From contig JBAIXP010000077.1 of NCBI GenBank assembly GCA_037916495.1, positions 1 through 55,410 on the forward strand: 55,410 nt of DNA. Reading direction: 5' to 3'. The stretch comes from Thermoplasmata archaeon (GTDB lineage: Archaea; Thermoplasmatota; Thermoplasmata; Lutacidiplasmatales; UBA184). The position numbers and the translations under genes were made by a program. The notes below the pieces were generated by a model that saw only the letters and a list, made by a program, of their open reading frames with translations, did no database searches and was not told where the DNA came from. This document shows positions 1 through 8,261 of this stretch, one piece after another. Each line of letters starts with the position of its first letter. Positions within the stretch are counted from its first letter, which is position 1.

Positions 1-33
1 CGCACCCGGGTCCGCGCCTCCGACCGGCGTGAC

Positions 34-108
34 GGGGCCGTGGGGTAGCTTGGACCATCCTTCTTGCTTGGGGTGCAAGAGACTCCGATTCAAATTCGGA
101 CGGCCCCA
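34..108 (+). tRNA. tRNA-Pro (anticodon GGG), no encoded CCA
   Basis: 7-bp acceptor stem pairs 34-40 GGGGCCG with 101-107 CGGCCCC, discriminator A108. Anticodon stem pairs 63-67 with 75-79, loop is TTGGGGT (anticodon GGG at 70-72, G37). T-arm pairs 84-88 with 96-100, loop TTCAAAT. D-loop contains GG. Confidence 0.85.
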
Positions 109-148
109 TCCCCGGCAACCTTAGGACCCGGGGCCGCTCGCCGGGGCG

Positions 149-760
149 ATGGGCCGACGGTTTCTGAACGAGCGCCGGTCCGATCCCTACTACCGGGCCG
201 CGCAGGCCTACGGGCTCCGCTCGCGGGCCGCCTTCAAGCTCGAGTACCTCGACCGGAGGTTCCACCTCCTCGGGCCGGGCGCCCGCGTGCTCGACCTCGG
301 CGCCGCCCCGGGGGGCTGGGCGCTCTACGCGGCACAGGCGGTCGGGCGGAGCGGGAAGGTCGTCGCGGTCGACCTTCGTCCCCTCGAGCCGATCGAGAAC
401 GTACGGCTCGTGCGGGGCCGGGTCGGGGACCCGGGGCTCGTCGGCCGGCTCGGCCCCGACCCGTTCGACCTCGTCCTGTCCGACCTCTCCCCGAGGATCA
501 GCGGGGCGTACGCGACCGACCACGCCCGGTCGGTCGACCTGGTGCGGGCGGCGGGGGACCTCGCGGTCGCGGTGCTCGCCCCCGGCGGAGACTTCGTCGC
601 AAAGGTCTTCGACGGGGAGCTCGTCGAGGAGCTCGTGCAGCAGCTTTCCGAACGGTTTAGCACCGTACGGAGGACGAAGCCGCCCGCCTCGCGCGAGGCG
701 TCGTCCGAGATCTACCTGGTCGCCCGCGGGTTCCTCGGCCGCGCGCCCGGTGTCGTGTAA
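149..760 (+). CDS. rlmE: 23S rRNA (uridine-2'-O)-methyltransferase, RlmE/FtsJ family
   Basis: N-terminus YYRAAQAYGLRSRAAFKLEYL, SAM motif VLDLGAAPGGW and DLVLSD are typical of the FtsJ fold. Strong GC3 bias in this frame. Confidence 0.85.
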   Translation: MGRRFLNERRSDPYYRAAQAYGLRSRAAFKLEYLDRRFHLLGPGARVLDLGAAPGGWALYAAQAVGRSGKVVAVDLRPLEPIENVRLVRGRVGDPGLVGRLGPDPFDLVLSDLSPRISGAYATDHARSVDLVRAAGDLAVAVLAPGGDFVAKVFDGELVEELVQQLSERFSTVRRTKPPASREASSEIYLVARGFLGRAPGVV

Positions 761-787
761 CCGGGGCCGCCGGCTCGCCGGGGTTTC

Positions 788-796
788 GTAATATAC
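788..796 (+). promoter_or_regulatory. Archaeal TATA box candidate (GTAATATAC) for the downstream TIM-barrel gene
   Basis: Isolated AT-rich octamer in GC-rich intergenic DNA, about 45 nt upstream of the GTG at 842. A GAGG (827-830) lies about 12 nt before that start. Confidence 0.45.
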
Positions 797-841
797 GCTC
801 GCAGATTGGGCCCCGTTCCCGACCCTGAGGCCTGGTTACTC

Positions 842-2089
842 GTGATCCGATTTGGGCCCGCGGGAATCCCCCTTTCCTGCAAGGGACGTACGTTGCGCGA
901 CGGCATGGCCGACGTGCACCACTTGGGCCTCACCGCGATGGAGGTCCAGTTCATCAAGGTGAACCCGCTCACGCGGCGGGTCCTCGACGAGGAGGTGGGA
1001 AAGCCCCCGCGCGAGCTTGCCCAGATCCTCGCCGTGAACGCGGGCGACCAGCCCGACGTCGGCCCCCCGTCGGCCGAGGCGCTCCTCACCCCGCTCCGCC
1101 GGCGCGACTCGATCACCAGCCTCACCTGGAGCCTCGCGAAGGACTACGCCGACCTCGACCAGTCCCGCGCCCTCGCCCGCGGCCTCGACGTCGACCTCAC
1201 GCTGCACGCGCCCTACTACGTCGACTTCTTCGGGTCCACCGACTCGCGGGAGCAGTCGACCCGGCAGATCCAGTGGTCGGGCGTGCTCGCCCAGGGGCTG
1301 GGGGCGCGCATGGCGGTGACCCACCTCGGCTTCTACGGTCCGGGGGACCGGGCCGACTCGGTCCAGGCCCTCACGGAGATCGTCACCGATCTCGCGAAGT
1401 GGCTCTCCGTGTACTCGAAGGGCAAGGTCCGGCTCGCCATCGAGCCGAGCGGCCACCCGGACGTCTTCGGCTCCCGCGAGGAGGTGCTCGAGCTCGTCCG
1501 GCGCGCGAAGGGGACGGTGCCGGTGCTCAACCTGCCGCACCTCGCCGCGCGGGAGCGGAAGAACTTCGAGACCGCCGAGCAGCTCGAGCCGGTCGTGCGC
1601 GAGTTCGTCCGGGCAACGGACGGGCCCCTCTACCTCAACTTCTCCGGGGTCGAGTTCTACGGGCCCGGCGAGTTCCGCCTCACCCCGATCAAGCGGGGGC
1701 TCGTGAAGTTCGACCCCGTCGCCGAGATCCTGGCCGAGCGCGACTACGACGTCACCGTCATCTCGAGCTCGCCGCTCCTTGAGCACGACGCGATGTACAT
1801 GAAGCTCCTCTACGAGCGGGCGCTGACCCGGCGCTGGACGCGGGAGCACCCGCAGGCGGGACCGCGCGCCGCACCCAAGGCTCCCGCGCCGACGCCCGCG
1901 AAGGCGCGGCCGGCCGCCCTGCCGGTGCTCGCGGCCCGGTCCCGGCCCGTCGCGGCGACCGCACGGGCCGCGGACCGGCCGAAGGGCCGCGGCTCTTCGA
2001 CCGCGCGACGGCCCGCGCGCAAGGCGCCCGCGCCGCACAAGGGGGGCCGCGCTCCGTCGCACGGAGGCCACCGTGGCCGACGCCACTAG
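842..2089 (+). CDS. Xylose-isomerase-like TIM-barrel protein of the endonuclease IV / AP endonuclease 2 type, with an internal insertion and a basic Ala/Pro/Arg/Lys-rich C-terminal tail
   Basis: Starts VIRFGPAGIPLSCKG...GLTAMEVQF, later HAPYY, THLGFYG, IEPSG. This is the archaeal Nfo-like pattern by eye. The track ORF begins at 806. GTG 842 gives the canonical (M/V)IRFGPAG N-terminus. Confidence 0.6.
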   Translation: MIRFGPAGIPLSCKGRTLRDGMADVHHLGLTAMEVQFIKVNPLTRRVLDEEVGKPPRELAQILAVNAGDQPDVGPPSAEALLTPLRRRDSITSLTWSLAKDYADLDQSRALARGLDVDLTLHAPYYVDFFGSTDSREQSTRQIQWSGVLAQGLGARMAVTHLGFYGPGDRADSVQALTEIVTDLAKWLSVYSKGKVRLAIEPSGHPDVFGSREEVLELVRRAKGTVPVLNLPHLAARERKNFETAEQLEPVVREFVRATDGPLYLNFSGVEFYGPGEFRLTPIKRGLVKFDPVAEILAERDYDVTVISSSPLLEHDAMYMKLLYERALTRRWTREHPQAGPRAAPKAPAPTPAKARPAALPVLAARSRPVAATARAADRPKGRGSSTARRPARKAPAPHKGGRAPSHGGHRGRRH

Positions 2090-2639
2090 CGCGCCGATCT
2101 TCGTTCGCGCCCAGAAGTACATCGGCGACCGCGTCACGTCGGCGCTCGAACGGGTCGACCCGACCGTCGTGGCCCGCGTCGTCACGACCCTGTCGAAGGC
2201 GCCGCAGATCTTCGTCTACGGTGCCGGGCGCAGCGGGATCGTCGGCCGCGCGTTCGCGATGCGCCTCGTCCAGGCCGGCCTCCGGGCCTACGTCATCGGC
2301 GAGAGCGTCACGCCGATCGTCCGGCGCGGGGACGTCGTCGTCATCGTCTCGGGGCAGGGGGAGAGCTACTCGTCGATCCAGACCGCGAACATCGTCCGGA
2401 GAGAGGGCGCGGAGCTCATCGTCCTCACCTCGCGCCCCACCTCGAAGCTCGCCCACACCGCCTCGCTCCTCGTCACGATCGAGTTCCCCGACGACCCCGA
2501 GCGCCCGAAGTTCGCCCCGCTCGGGACGCTCTTCGAGTCGGCGAGCTTGAGGCTCACGGACGCGCTCATCGCCGAAGTGCTCGCGGCGCGGGGGGAATCC
2601 GAGCTTTCGATGCGGAGCCGCCACGCGATCATGGTCTAA
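2073..2639 (+). CDS. hxlB: 6-phospho-3-hexuloisomerase (SIS domain)
   Basis: SIS-domain pattern IFVYGAGRSGIVGRAFAMRL...GDVVVIVSGQGES...ELIVLTS. Size of 188 aa is typical of PHI. Confidence 0.7.
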   Translation: MADATSAPIFVRAQKYIGDRVTSALERVDPTVVARVVTTLSKAPQIFVYGAGRSGIVGRAFAMRLVQAGLRAYVIGESVTPIVRRGDVVVIVSGQGESYSSIQTANIVRREGAELIVLTSRPTSKLAHTASLLVTIEFPDDPERPKFAPLGTLFESASLRLTDALIAEVLAARGESELSMRSRHAIMV

Positions 2640-2688
2640 CGGGTCCTCGCGGACCCAAACCTTAAACGAGCCGGGTTCTCGCACGGCC

Positions 2689-3189
2689 GTGCCGCGTCCG
2701 GCGGACCCGTCCGACCGCACCCTCGTTCCGGTACCGTCCCGTTTCTTCGTGACGAGCGGCAAGGGGATCAACAAGACCAGCGAGCTCAATGCGTTCGACC
2801 TCGCGCTCCTGCAGGCGGGGATCGGCGAGCAGAACCTCGTGAGCGTCTCGTCGGTCCTTCCGATCGGGATCCGCCAGGTCGACCGGGAGAGGATCGCGCG
2901 CGGCGCGATCACGCACTGCGTGCTCGCCCGCCACGGCGGCGGCGAGGGCGAGGTCATCAGCTCGGGGATTGCCTACGGGTTCCGCACGGACGGCCAAGGC
3001 GGCTACGTCGCGGAAGGCCACCTCCACGGCACGCAGAAGTCGCTCAAGGAGTTCCTCAAATGGCGGATGGAGGAGATCGCCCACTTCCGGGGCGTCGAGC
3101 TCCGTCGCATCCACTACCGGACCGAGGAGCTCTCGATCCCGATGGACCACTACGGGGTCTGCATCGCGGCGTGCGTCTTCCTGCCCTGA
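2689..3189 (+). CDS. pdaD: Pyruvoyl-dependent arginine decarboxylase
   Basis: FFVTSGKG...ELNAFDLALLQAGIGEQNLVSVSSVLP contains the self-cleavage Ser-Ser context of PdaD. Length is about 165 aa. Confidence 0.85.
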   Translation: MPRPADPSDRTLVPVPSRFFVTSGKGINKTSELNAFDLALLQAGIGEQNLVSVSSVLPIGIRQVDRERIARGAITHCVLARHGGGEGEVISSGIAYGFRTDGQGGYVAEGHLHGTQKSLKEFLKWRMEEIAHFRGVELRRIHYRTEELSIPMDHYGVCIAACVFLP

Positions 3190-3217
3190 GCGGTCCGACG
3201 AGGGCCCGGGCGCGCGG

Positions 3218-3553
3218 CTAGAGCAGCCGCCTCAGCAGCAGCTTGTCCTCGAGGCTCCCCTCGATCGACAGCTTTCGGGTCACGAGCGCCTTCATCGGGC
3301 CGAGCTCCTTCGACAAGAGCTGCTCGAACGTGCGGGCGTCGGTCGCGATCGTGAGGTGCGGGTGCTCGGGCATCCCGGCGCGGAGGTTTCTCAGGCGCCC
3401 GCCCGCCAGGTCGACCGCGTAGCTTCCCTCGTCGGAAAGGCGGACGGCGATCGTCCGCTCGAGGCCCGAGAGCTCCTCCGCGATCGCGGGGGTCCGCTCG
3501 ACCTTGCGGTTGAACCGCTCGACCAGGGACGTGAGGCTCTCGAGGACGGTCAC
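3218..3553 (-). CDS. SCP2 sterol-carrier-like domain protein
   Basis: 111 aa ending ...MKALVTRKLSIEGSLEDKLLLRRLL, which is the SCP2 C-terminal signature. The GTG start at 3553 overlaps the rnhB stop (GTGA). The rest of track ORF 3218..4480 is an out-of-frame shadow of rnhB. Confidence 0.7.
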   Translation of the reverse strand: MTVLESLTSLVERFNRKVERTPAIAEELSGLERTIAVRLSDEGSYAVDLAGGRLRNLRAGMPEHPHLTIATDARTFEQLLSKELGPMKALVTRKLSIEGSLEDKLLLRRLL

Positions 3554-4224
3554 GGCGCACCGGCGTCGAGCGGTCGGGTCGTCCCGCCCCCGATAACCCT
3601 TTTCGTGGTGGCCCAGGAGGCGCGGAGCCACGGGGGGAGGCTCCCGCGGGCCCGGGGGAGCGCGCGCACGAACGCGACCGTCGTGGGGTCGGAAGGGTAG
3701 CCGCTCCCGACGTCGGCACCCAGGGTCTCGCCGAGACGGCGGACGGCCCGGTCGCGCAGCACCTTCGCGACGATCGACGCCGCGCCGACCAGCGGGTCGG
3801 TCGCATCGAAGCGGTGGCGCGCGACGACGCGGAAGGCGGGCCCCGCGTGCCGGGCGACCGTCCGGCCGAACCGGGGGGCGTTCGCGTCGCACGCGTCGAC
3901 CCGGAGGACCGCGGGGGCGAACGGGCGGGCCACCTCCGCGAAGGCGATCGCCTCGAGCTCGTTGAGACGGCCGCGCGTGACGTACCGGTCGATCCGCTCG
4001 GGCTCGAGCACCACCGACCCGAACCGCGCGAACGCGGACAAGCGCTCGAACACCTCCTCGCGACGGGCGGGCGAGAGCGCCTTCGAATCCTTCGCGCCCG
4101 AGCCCCGGACCCGTTCGAGCTCGTCCGGGCCGGCCGCCACGGCCCCGACGACGAGCGGGCCGATCCAGGCTCCGCGGCCGGCCTCGTCGATCCCCACGAC
4201 GGTCCCGGGTCCGGTCGACCGCAC
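3550..4224 (-). CDS. rnhB: Ribonuclease HII
   Basis: VVGIDEAGRGAWIGPLVVGAV (DEAGRG catalytic motif), with ACDAN and DSK motifs further downstream. 224 aa. Confidence 0.9.
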   Translation of the reverse strand: MRSTGPGTVVGIDEAGRGAWIGPLVVGAVAAGPDELERVRGSGAKDSKALSPARREEVFERLSAFARFGSVVLEPERIDRYVTRGRLNELEAIAFAEVARPFAPAVLRVDACDANAPRFGRTVARHAGPAFRVVARHRFDATDPLVGAASIVAKVLRDRAVRRLGETLGADVGSGYPSDPTTVAFVRALPRARGSLPPWLRASWATTKRVIGGGTTRPLDAGAP

Positions 4225-4274
4225 GCGGAGCGAGACGGTCGAGGCCGTTATGACGCCGCCGCCGTTCCTGGCCC

Positions 4275-5180
4275 GTGGACCTCGGCGGCCTGGTGGTGCC
4301 GGTCCCGACCCTCTTCGGGGACGACGGCACCCTCGATACCGGACGCAACTCGAAGTTCGCCCGCGCGCTCTCCGAGCGGCGGGTCGAGCATCTGTTCGTC
4401 CTCGGGTCGCTCGGGGAGTTCCCCTGCGTCCGCAACGAGGAGCGGGCGAAGTTGATCGACACGGTCGTCGAGAGCGTCACGGGCGCGACGGACGTCTGGG
4501 TCGGGGTCGGGGCGCCGTCGACCGCCGAGGCCGTCCGGTTCGCCGACCAGGCCGAGGCGCTCGGCGCGGCGGCGCTCGTCGCGGTCCCGCCGTACTACCT
4601 CCGTCCCACGGAGGCGGCGGTCGAGCGGTACTTCCGGGCGCTCGCGGACGAGGCCTCGGTGCCGCTCCTCGCCTACAACATCCCCTCCCACGTCGGCTAC
4701 GCGCTCTCCCCCGACCTGGTGCACCGTCTCGCCCGCGACCGGGTCCTCGCGGGGATCAAGGACACGACCGACTCGCTCGCGAGCCTCGAAGGGTTCCTCG
4801 ACGACCGGCCGGACGGCTTTGCGGTCCTGCCAGGGAACGACCGGTTCGCTTCGGCCGGGATCGGGCGCGGGGCCGCCGGCGCCGTGATGGGGCTCGGCAA
4901 CCTCGTCCCGGACCTCTGCGGAAAGCTGGTCCGCGCCGCCCGGGCCGCCGACCGCGCCACCGCGTCCGAAGCGCAGCAGCTCGTCGACGCCCTCGCCGCG
5001 GTCGTCGACTCGGGCCCGTTCCCCTCGACCGTGAAGCTCCTCGCCCACCGGCTTCGGCGGGCGGAGGTCGGCTACCGTGCCCCGTTCGAGGCGCTGACGC
5101 CCGAGGAAGAGGCCCGCGTGCTCGACCGGCTCCGTCCCCTCGAGAAGGAGCTCGCACCGTACCTCACGGACGGGACGTGA
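4275..5180 (+). CDS. DHDPS/NAL-family class I aldolase, probably 2-keto-3-deoxygluconate (KDG/KDPG) aldolase
   Basis: GSLGEF, PPYY and the Schiff-base lysine context GIKDTTDS. Its stop overlaps the start of the glucose dehydrogenase gene. Confidence 0.7.
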   Translation: MDLGGLVVPVPTLFGDDGTLDTGRNSKFARALSERRVEHLFVLGSLGEFPCVRNEERAKLIDTVVESVTGATDVWVGVGAPSTAEAVRFADQAEALGAAALVAVPPYYLRPTEAAVERYFRALADEASVPLLAYNIPSHVGYALSPDLVHRLARDRVLAGIKDTTDSLASLEGFLDDRPDGFAVLPGNDRFASAGIGRGAAGAVMGLGNLVPDLCGKLVRAARAADRATASEAQQLVDALAAVVDSGPFPSTVKLLAHRLRRAEVGYRAPFEALTPEEEARVLDRLRPLEKELAPYLTDGT

Positions 5181-6301
5181 AGGCGCTCGTCGTTCGGCCC
5201 CCCGCCGCCGGCGTCGAGCTCGCGGACGTCCCCCGCCCCACGCTCCCGGGCGGGGGGGCGAGGGTCCGGGTCCTCGAGTGCGGCGTCTGCGGGACCGACC
5301 TCGACATCGTCGCGGGCCGGTACGGACGCGCGCCCGACGGGGGCGGGTACCTCGTCCTCGGTCACGAGAACCTCGGTGTCGCGGCCGAGGTCGACCCGGC
5401 GGCGACGGGCGTCGCGCCGGGCGATCTTGTCGTCGCGACCGTGCGGCGGGGCTGCGGGGCGTGCCGCTTCTGCGCCGCCCATCGCTCCGATTTCTGCGAG
5501 ACGGGGCGCTACACGGAGCGCGGGATCTGGGGGGCCCACGGCTACCTCGCGGAGGAGTATGTCGAGCTCGCGCGCGAGCTCGTGGTCGTGCCGGCGGCGC
5601 TCCGGGCCTCCGCGGTTCTGGTCGAGCCGCTCAGTGTCGTCGAGAAGGCGGTCGAGCAGGGCCTCGCGGTCCTCGCGCGCGAGTCGCCTCCGCCCGCGGG
5701 CGGCCCCACCGCGTCGAAAGCCCTGGTCGCCGGCACCGGTGCGATCGGGATGCTCGCCGCCCTCGTTCTCCGACGTCGGGGCTGGGAGGTCACCGCCCTC
5801 GACCGCCACGGCTCCGACACGCCCGCGGCCGCGATCCTGGCGCGGATCGGGGCGCGGCACGTCGACGCCGAGAACGGGCCGGGGGTCCTCGGGCCCGCGC
5901 GGTTCGAGATGGTCGTCGAGGCGACCGGCTCGGCGGAGCTCGACGTCGCGCTGCTCGACCTCCTCGCCCCGAACGGGGTGCTCGTCCTCACCGGCATCCC
6001 GGACGCGACGGGGGGCCCGTCGGCCCCCTTGGGAGCCCGCCTGCGCCACCTCGTCCTGTCGAACCAGGCGGTGGTCGGCAGCGTGAACGCGAACCGGACG
6101 CACTTCGCGCTCGCGGTCGAGGACCTCGGCGGGTTCGAGCGGGCCTGGCCGGGCGTCGCGGGCCGCCTCGTCAGGGAAAGGCGTCCCTGGGAGGAGGCCC
6201 ACGAGGTCCTCGTCCGGCGGACCGCGGGGTCGATCAAGACCGCGCTCGTGGTCGGGAACGGCGGGGTCCCCGACGCCGCCGCGCCGAAAAGCGTCAAATA
6301 G
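5177..6301 (+). CDS. Zinc-dependent glucose 1-dehydrogenase (MDR superfamily, archaeal Gdh type)
   Basis: VKALVV...VLECGVCGTDLDIVAG...GHENLG...CGACRFC...GTGAIG. GTG at 5177 is in frame inside track ORF 3962..6301 and overlaps the aldolase stop (GTGA). About 374 aa. Confidence 0.75.
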   Translation: MKALVVRPPAAGVELADVPRPTLPGGGARVRVLECGVCGTDLDIVAGRYGRAPDGGGYLVLGHENLGVAAEVDPAATGVAPGDLVVATVRRGCGACRFCAAHRSDFCETGRYTERGIWGAHGYLAEEYVELARELVVVPAALRASAVLVEPLSVVEKAVEQGLAVLARESPPPAGGPTASKALVAGTGAIGMLAALVLRRRGWEVTALDRHGSDTPAAAILARIGARHVDAENGPGVLGPARFEMVVEATGSAELDVALLDLLAPNGVLVLTGIPDATGGPSAPLGARLRHLVLSNQAVVGSVNANRTHFALAVEDLGGFERAWPGVAGRLVRERRPWEEAHEVLVRRTAGSIKTALVVGNGGVPDAAAPKSVK

Positions 6302-6335
6302 AGGGCCCGGGTCGCACGCCCCCTAGCGGAGCACC

Positions 6336-6725
6336 ATGGGGATCTGGCAGGGCCGCTCGCGTCGCAAGCGCACGGGCGGACGCTATCGCCCGATCCGCAA
6401 GAAGCGCCGTTTCGAGATCGCCCGCGAGCTGCAGACCGCCACAATCGGCTCCGGTACGGTGAAGACCGACCGGGTCCGAGGCGCCAACGAGAAGTTGAGG
6501 ATCCTCACCGCGACTACGGTGAACGTGTTCGACCCGGCGACGAAGAAGATGCGCCCGGCGAAGATCGTGACCGTCCGGGAGAACCCGGCGAACCCGAACT
6601 ACGTGCAGCGGAACATCATCACGAAGGGTGCGATCCTCGAGACCGACGTGGGGCTCGTCCGCGTGAGCTCGCGTCCCGGACAGGACGGCGTCCTCAACGG
6701 GATCCGGGTCGCCGCCCCGGCGTAG
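6336..6725 (+). CDS. rps8e: 30S ribosomal protein S8e
   Basis: MGIWQGRSRRKRTGGRY...NPNYVQRNIITKGAI...RPGQDGVLNG matches eS8. Confidence 0.9.
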   Translation: MGIWQGRSRRKRTGGRYRPIRKKRRFEIARELQTATIGSGTVKTDRVRGANEKLRILTATTVNVFDPATKKMRPAKIVTVRENPANPNYVQRNIITKGAILETDVGLVRVSSRPGQDGVLNGIRVAAPA

Positions 6726-6745
6726 GTCGCCGGCGGCCCCGCCCG

Positions 6746-7045
6746 ATGCCCGACCACTTCTACGTCTACCCGGCCTACCTCCAGAAGGGACTCTCGCGGG
6801 CCGCCGGCCGGCGCGTGCCGGCCGAGGAGGCGTTGAGCGACCTCACGCCCGAGGAGATCGTCGACGCAGCGAAGCGGCTCGGCGCCAAGGCGACGGTCGA
6901 GTCCGACAAGCAGTACCCCCGGCGGTTCTTCGACTACGCGGGCCGCGTCCGCGTCACGAAGGCGTCGGGGAAGTCGAAGGCCGAGTTCCTCCGCGCCGTG
7001 GTCGCGGAGATCCGCCGCCAGCGCGCGCACGCGGTGAAGCACTAG
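6746..7045 (+). CDS. srp19: Signal recognition particle protein SRP19
   Basis: FYVYPAYLQKGLSRAAGRRVP...YPRRF... is the SRP19 pattern. 99 aa. Confidence 0.85.
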   Translation: MPDHFYVYPAYLQKGLSRAAGRRVPAEEALSDLTPEEIVDAAKRLGAKATVESDKQYPRRFFDYAGRVRVTKASGKSKAEFLRAVVAEIRRQRAHAVKH

Positions 7046-7047
7046 CC

Positions 7048-7839
7048 ATGGAGGAGCCGGCGACCGTCTTCTTCACCGGCACCGCCGGCGCCGGCAAGTC
7101 GACGTTCGTCCGAGCGTTCGCCGACTGGATGAAGAGCGCCGGCTACGAGGCGACGGTCGTCAACCTCGACCCGGGGATCGAGAGCGTCTCGGCCGAGCCG
7201 GACGTCGACATCCGCGACTGGGTCCGCCTCGCCGACCTCCAGGACGAGTACGGTCTCGGGCCGAACGGGGCCCAGGTCGCCGCGGCGGACATGATCGCGC
7301 TCAAGGTGTTCGATGTGAAGCAGGCGATCCAGGAGCTCAAGGGGGACTACGTCCTCATCGACACCCCCGGCCAGATCGAGCTCTTCGCCTTCAGGGAGGC
7401 CTCCAAAGCGATCGTGGACGCCCTCGGCGGCGACCGCGCGCTCCTCACCTTCCTGTTCGACCCGGCGCTCGCCCGCAGCGCCTCGGGCTTCGTCTCGCTC
7501 CTCATGCTCAGCGCCACGGTCGAGTTCCGCTTCCGCCTCCCCCTCGTGAACCTCCTCTCAAAGGCCGACGTCCTCTCCCCCGAGCAGCTCGGCGAGCTCA
7601 CCTCCTGGTCGGAGGAGCCCGGCCGGCTCTACGACGCGGTCACCCGCGACCTCCCGACCCCGGACGTCCAGCTCTCGACCGAGCTCTTCCGCGCGATCGA
7701 GACGATGGGCCCGGTGGCTGGCCTGTTGCCCACGTCGGCGAAGGAAGGGACCGGCCTCGAAGCGTTCTACCAGGAGTGCCAGAGGGTCTTCGCCGGGGGC
7801 GAGGACCTCGAACCGTCGCAGGCCACCGGGACCGACTGA
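7048..7839 (+). CDS. GPN-loop GTPase
   Basis: P-loop GTAGAGKST, NLDPG, the eponymous GPNG (YGLGPNGAQV), and DTPGQIELF. Confidence 0.85.
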   Translation: MEEPATVFFTGTAGAGKSTFVRAFADWMKSAGYEATVVNLDPGIESVSAEPDVDIRDWVRLADLQDEYGLGPNGAQVAAADMIALKVFDVKQAIQELKGDYVLIDTPGQIELFAFREASKAIVDALGGDRALLTFLFDPALARSASGFVSLLMLSATVEFRFRLPLVNLLSKADVLSPEQLGELTSWSEEPGRLYDAVTRDLPTPDVQLSTELFRAIETMGPVAGLLPTSAKEGTGLEAFYQECQRVFAGGEDLEPSQATGTD

Positions 7840-7843
7840 CCGG

Positions 7844-8209
7844 CTAGTCCTCGGTGAAGAAGAGGCCCATGCCCACGGAGGCCGCCTCCTCCTCCGCCTT
7901 GAACTTCGCGTAGAGCGACTCCCCGTCGGCGCCCGAGAGCTTCTTCCCGAGCGGGCCGAGGAGCTCTTCGGCGCGTCGGATGCCGTCGGCACCGCCTTCG
8001 ACCAGGACGTAGATCGTCTCGGCCGGCCCCCCCATCGCGGAGGCGTCCCGTACCTTCTGGCTCTGGCGGGAGACGAGGTCGTCCTTCAGGGCGGCCTCGG
8101 CGCTCGCGCGCTGGGAAGACGGGACGGCGAAGATCGTCCAGGGCACGGGCCCCCCGTGGCCGTTCGCCTCTATAAGGAGGACGACCGGGCCGGTCGCCCG
8201 CGCCGCCAC
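7844..8209 (-). CDS. Hypothetical 121-aa protein with an acidic/hydrophobic C-terminal peptide (...AEEEAASVGMGLFFTED)
   Basis: Strong GC3 bias over the whole frame. I recognise no family. See findings. Confidence 0.6.
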   Translation of the reverse strand: MAARATGPVVLLIEANGHGGPVPWTIFAVPSSQRASAEAALKDDLVSRQSQKVRDASAMGGPAETIYVLVEGGADGIRRAEELLGPLGKKLSGADGESLYAKFKAEEEAASVGMGLFFTED

Positions 8210-8261
8210 CCCGCCCGAGGTCGCCGGGCCGCGACCCGACGCCGGCGGGCGGAAAGCCTAC

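Noticed and set aside
64-660. 198-aa ORF rich in Arg/Pro/Gly overlapping rlmE in another frame
   Set aside because: It is a low-complexity shadow of the rlmE frame. rlmE has clear family motifs and the GC3 signal.
836-2185. 449-aa minus-strand ORF
   Set aside because: It is antisense to the Nfo-like gene. Its D/E/R/G-rich composition is typical of antisense frames in GC-rich DNA, and no motifs are present.
3962-5176. N-terminal 405 codons of ORF 3962..6301
   Set aside because: This part is a shadow of rnhB (antisense) and of the aldolase gene (out of frame). Glucose dehydrogenase homology starts only at GTG 5177.
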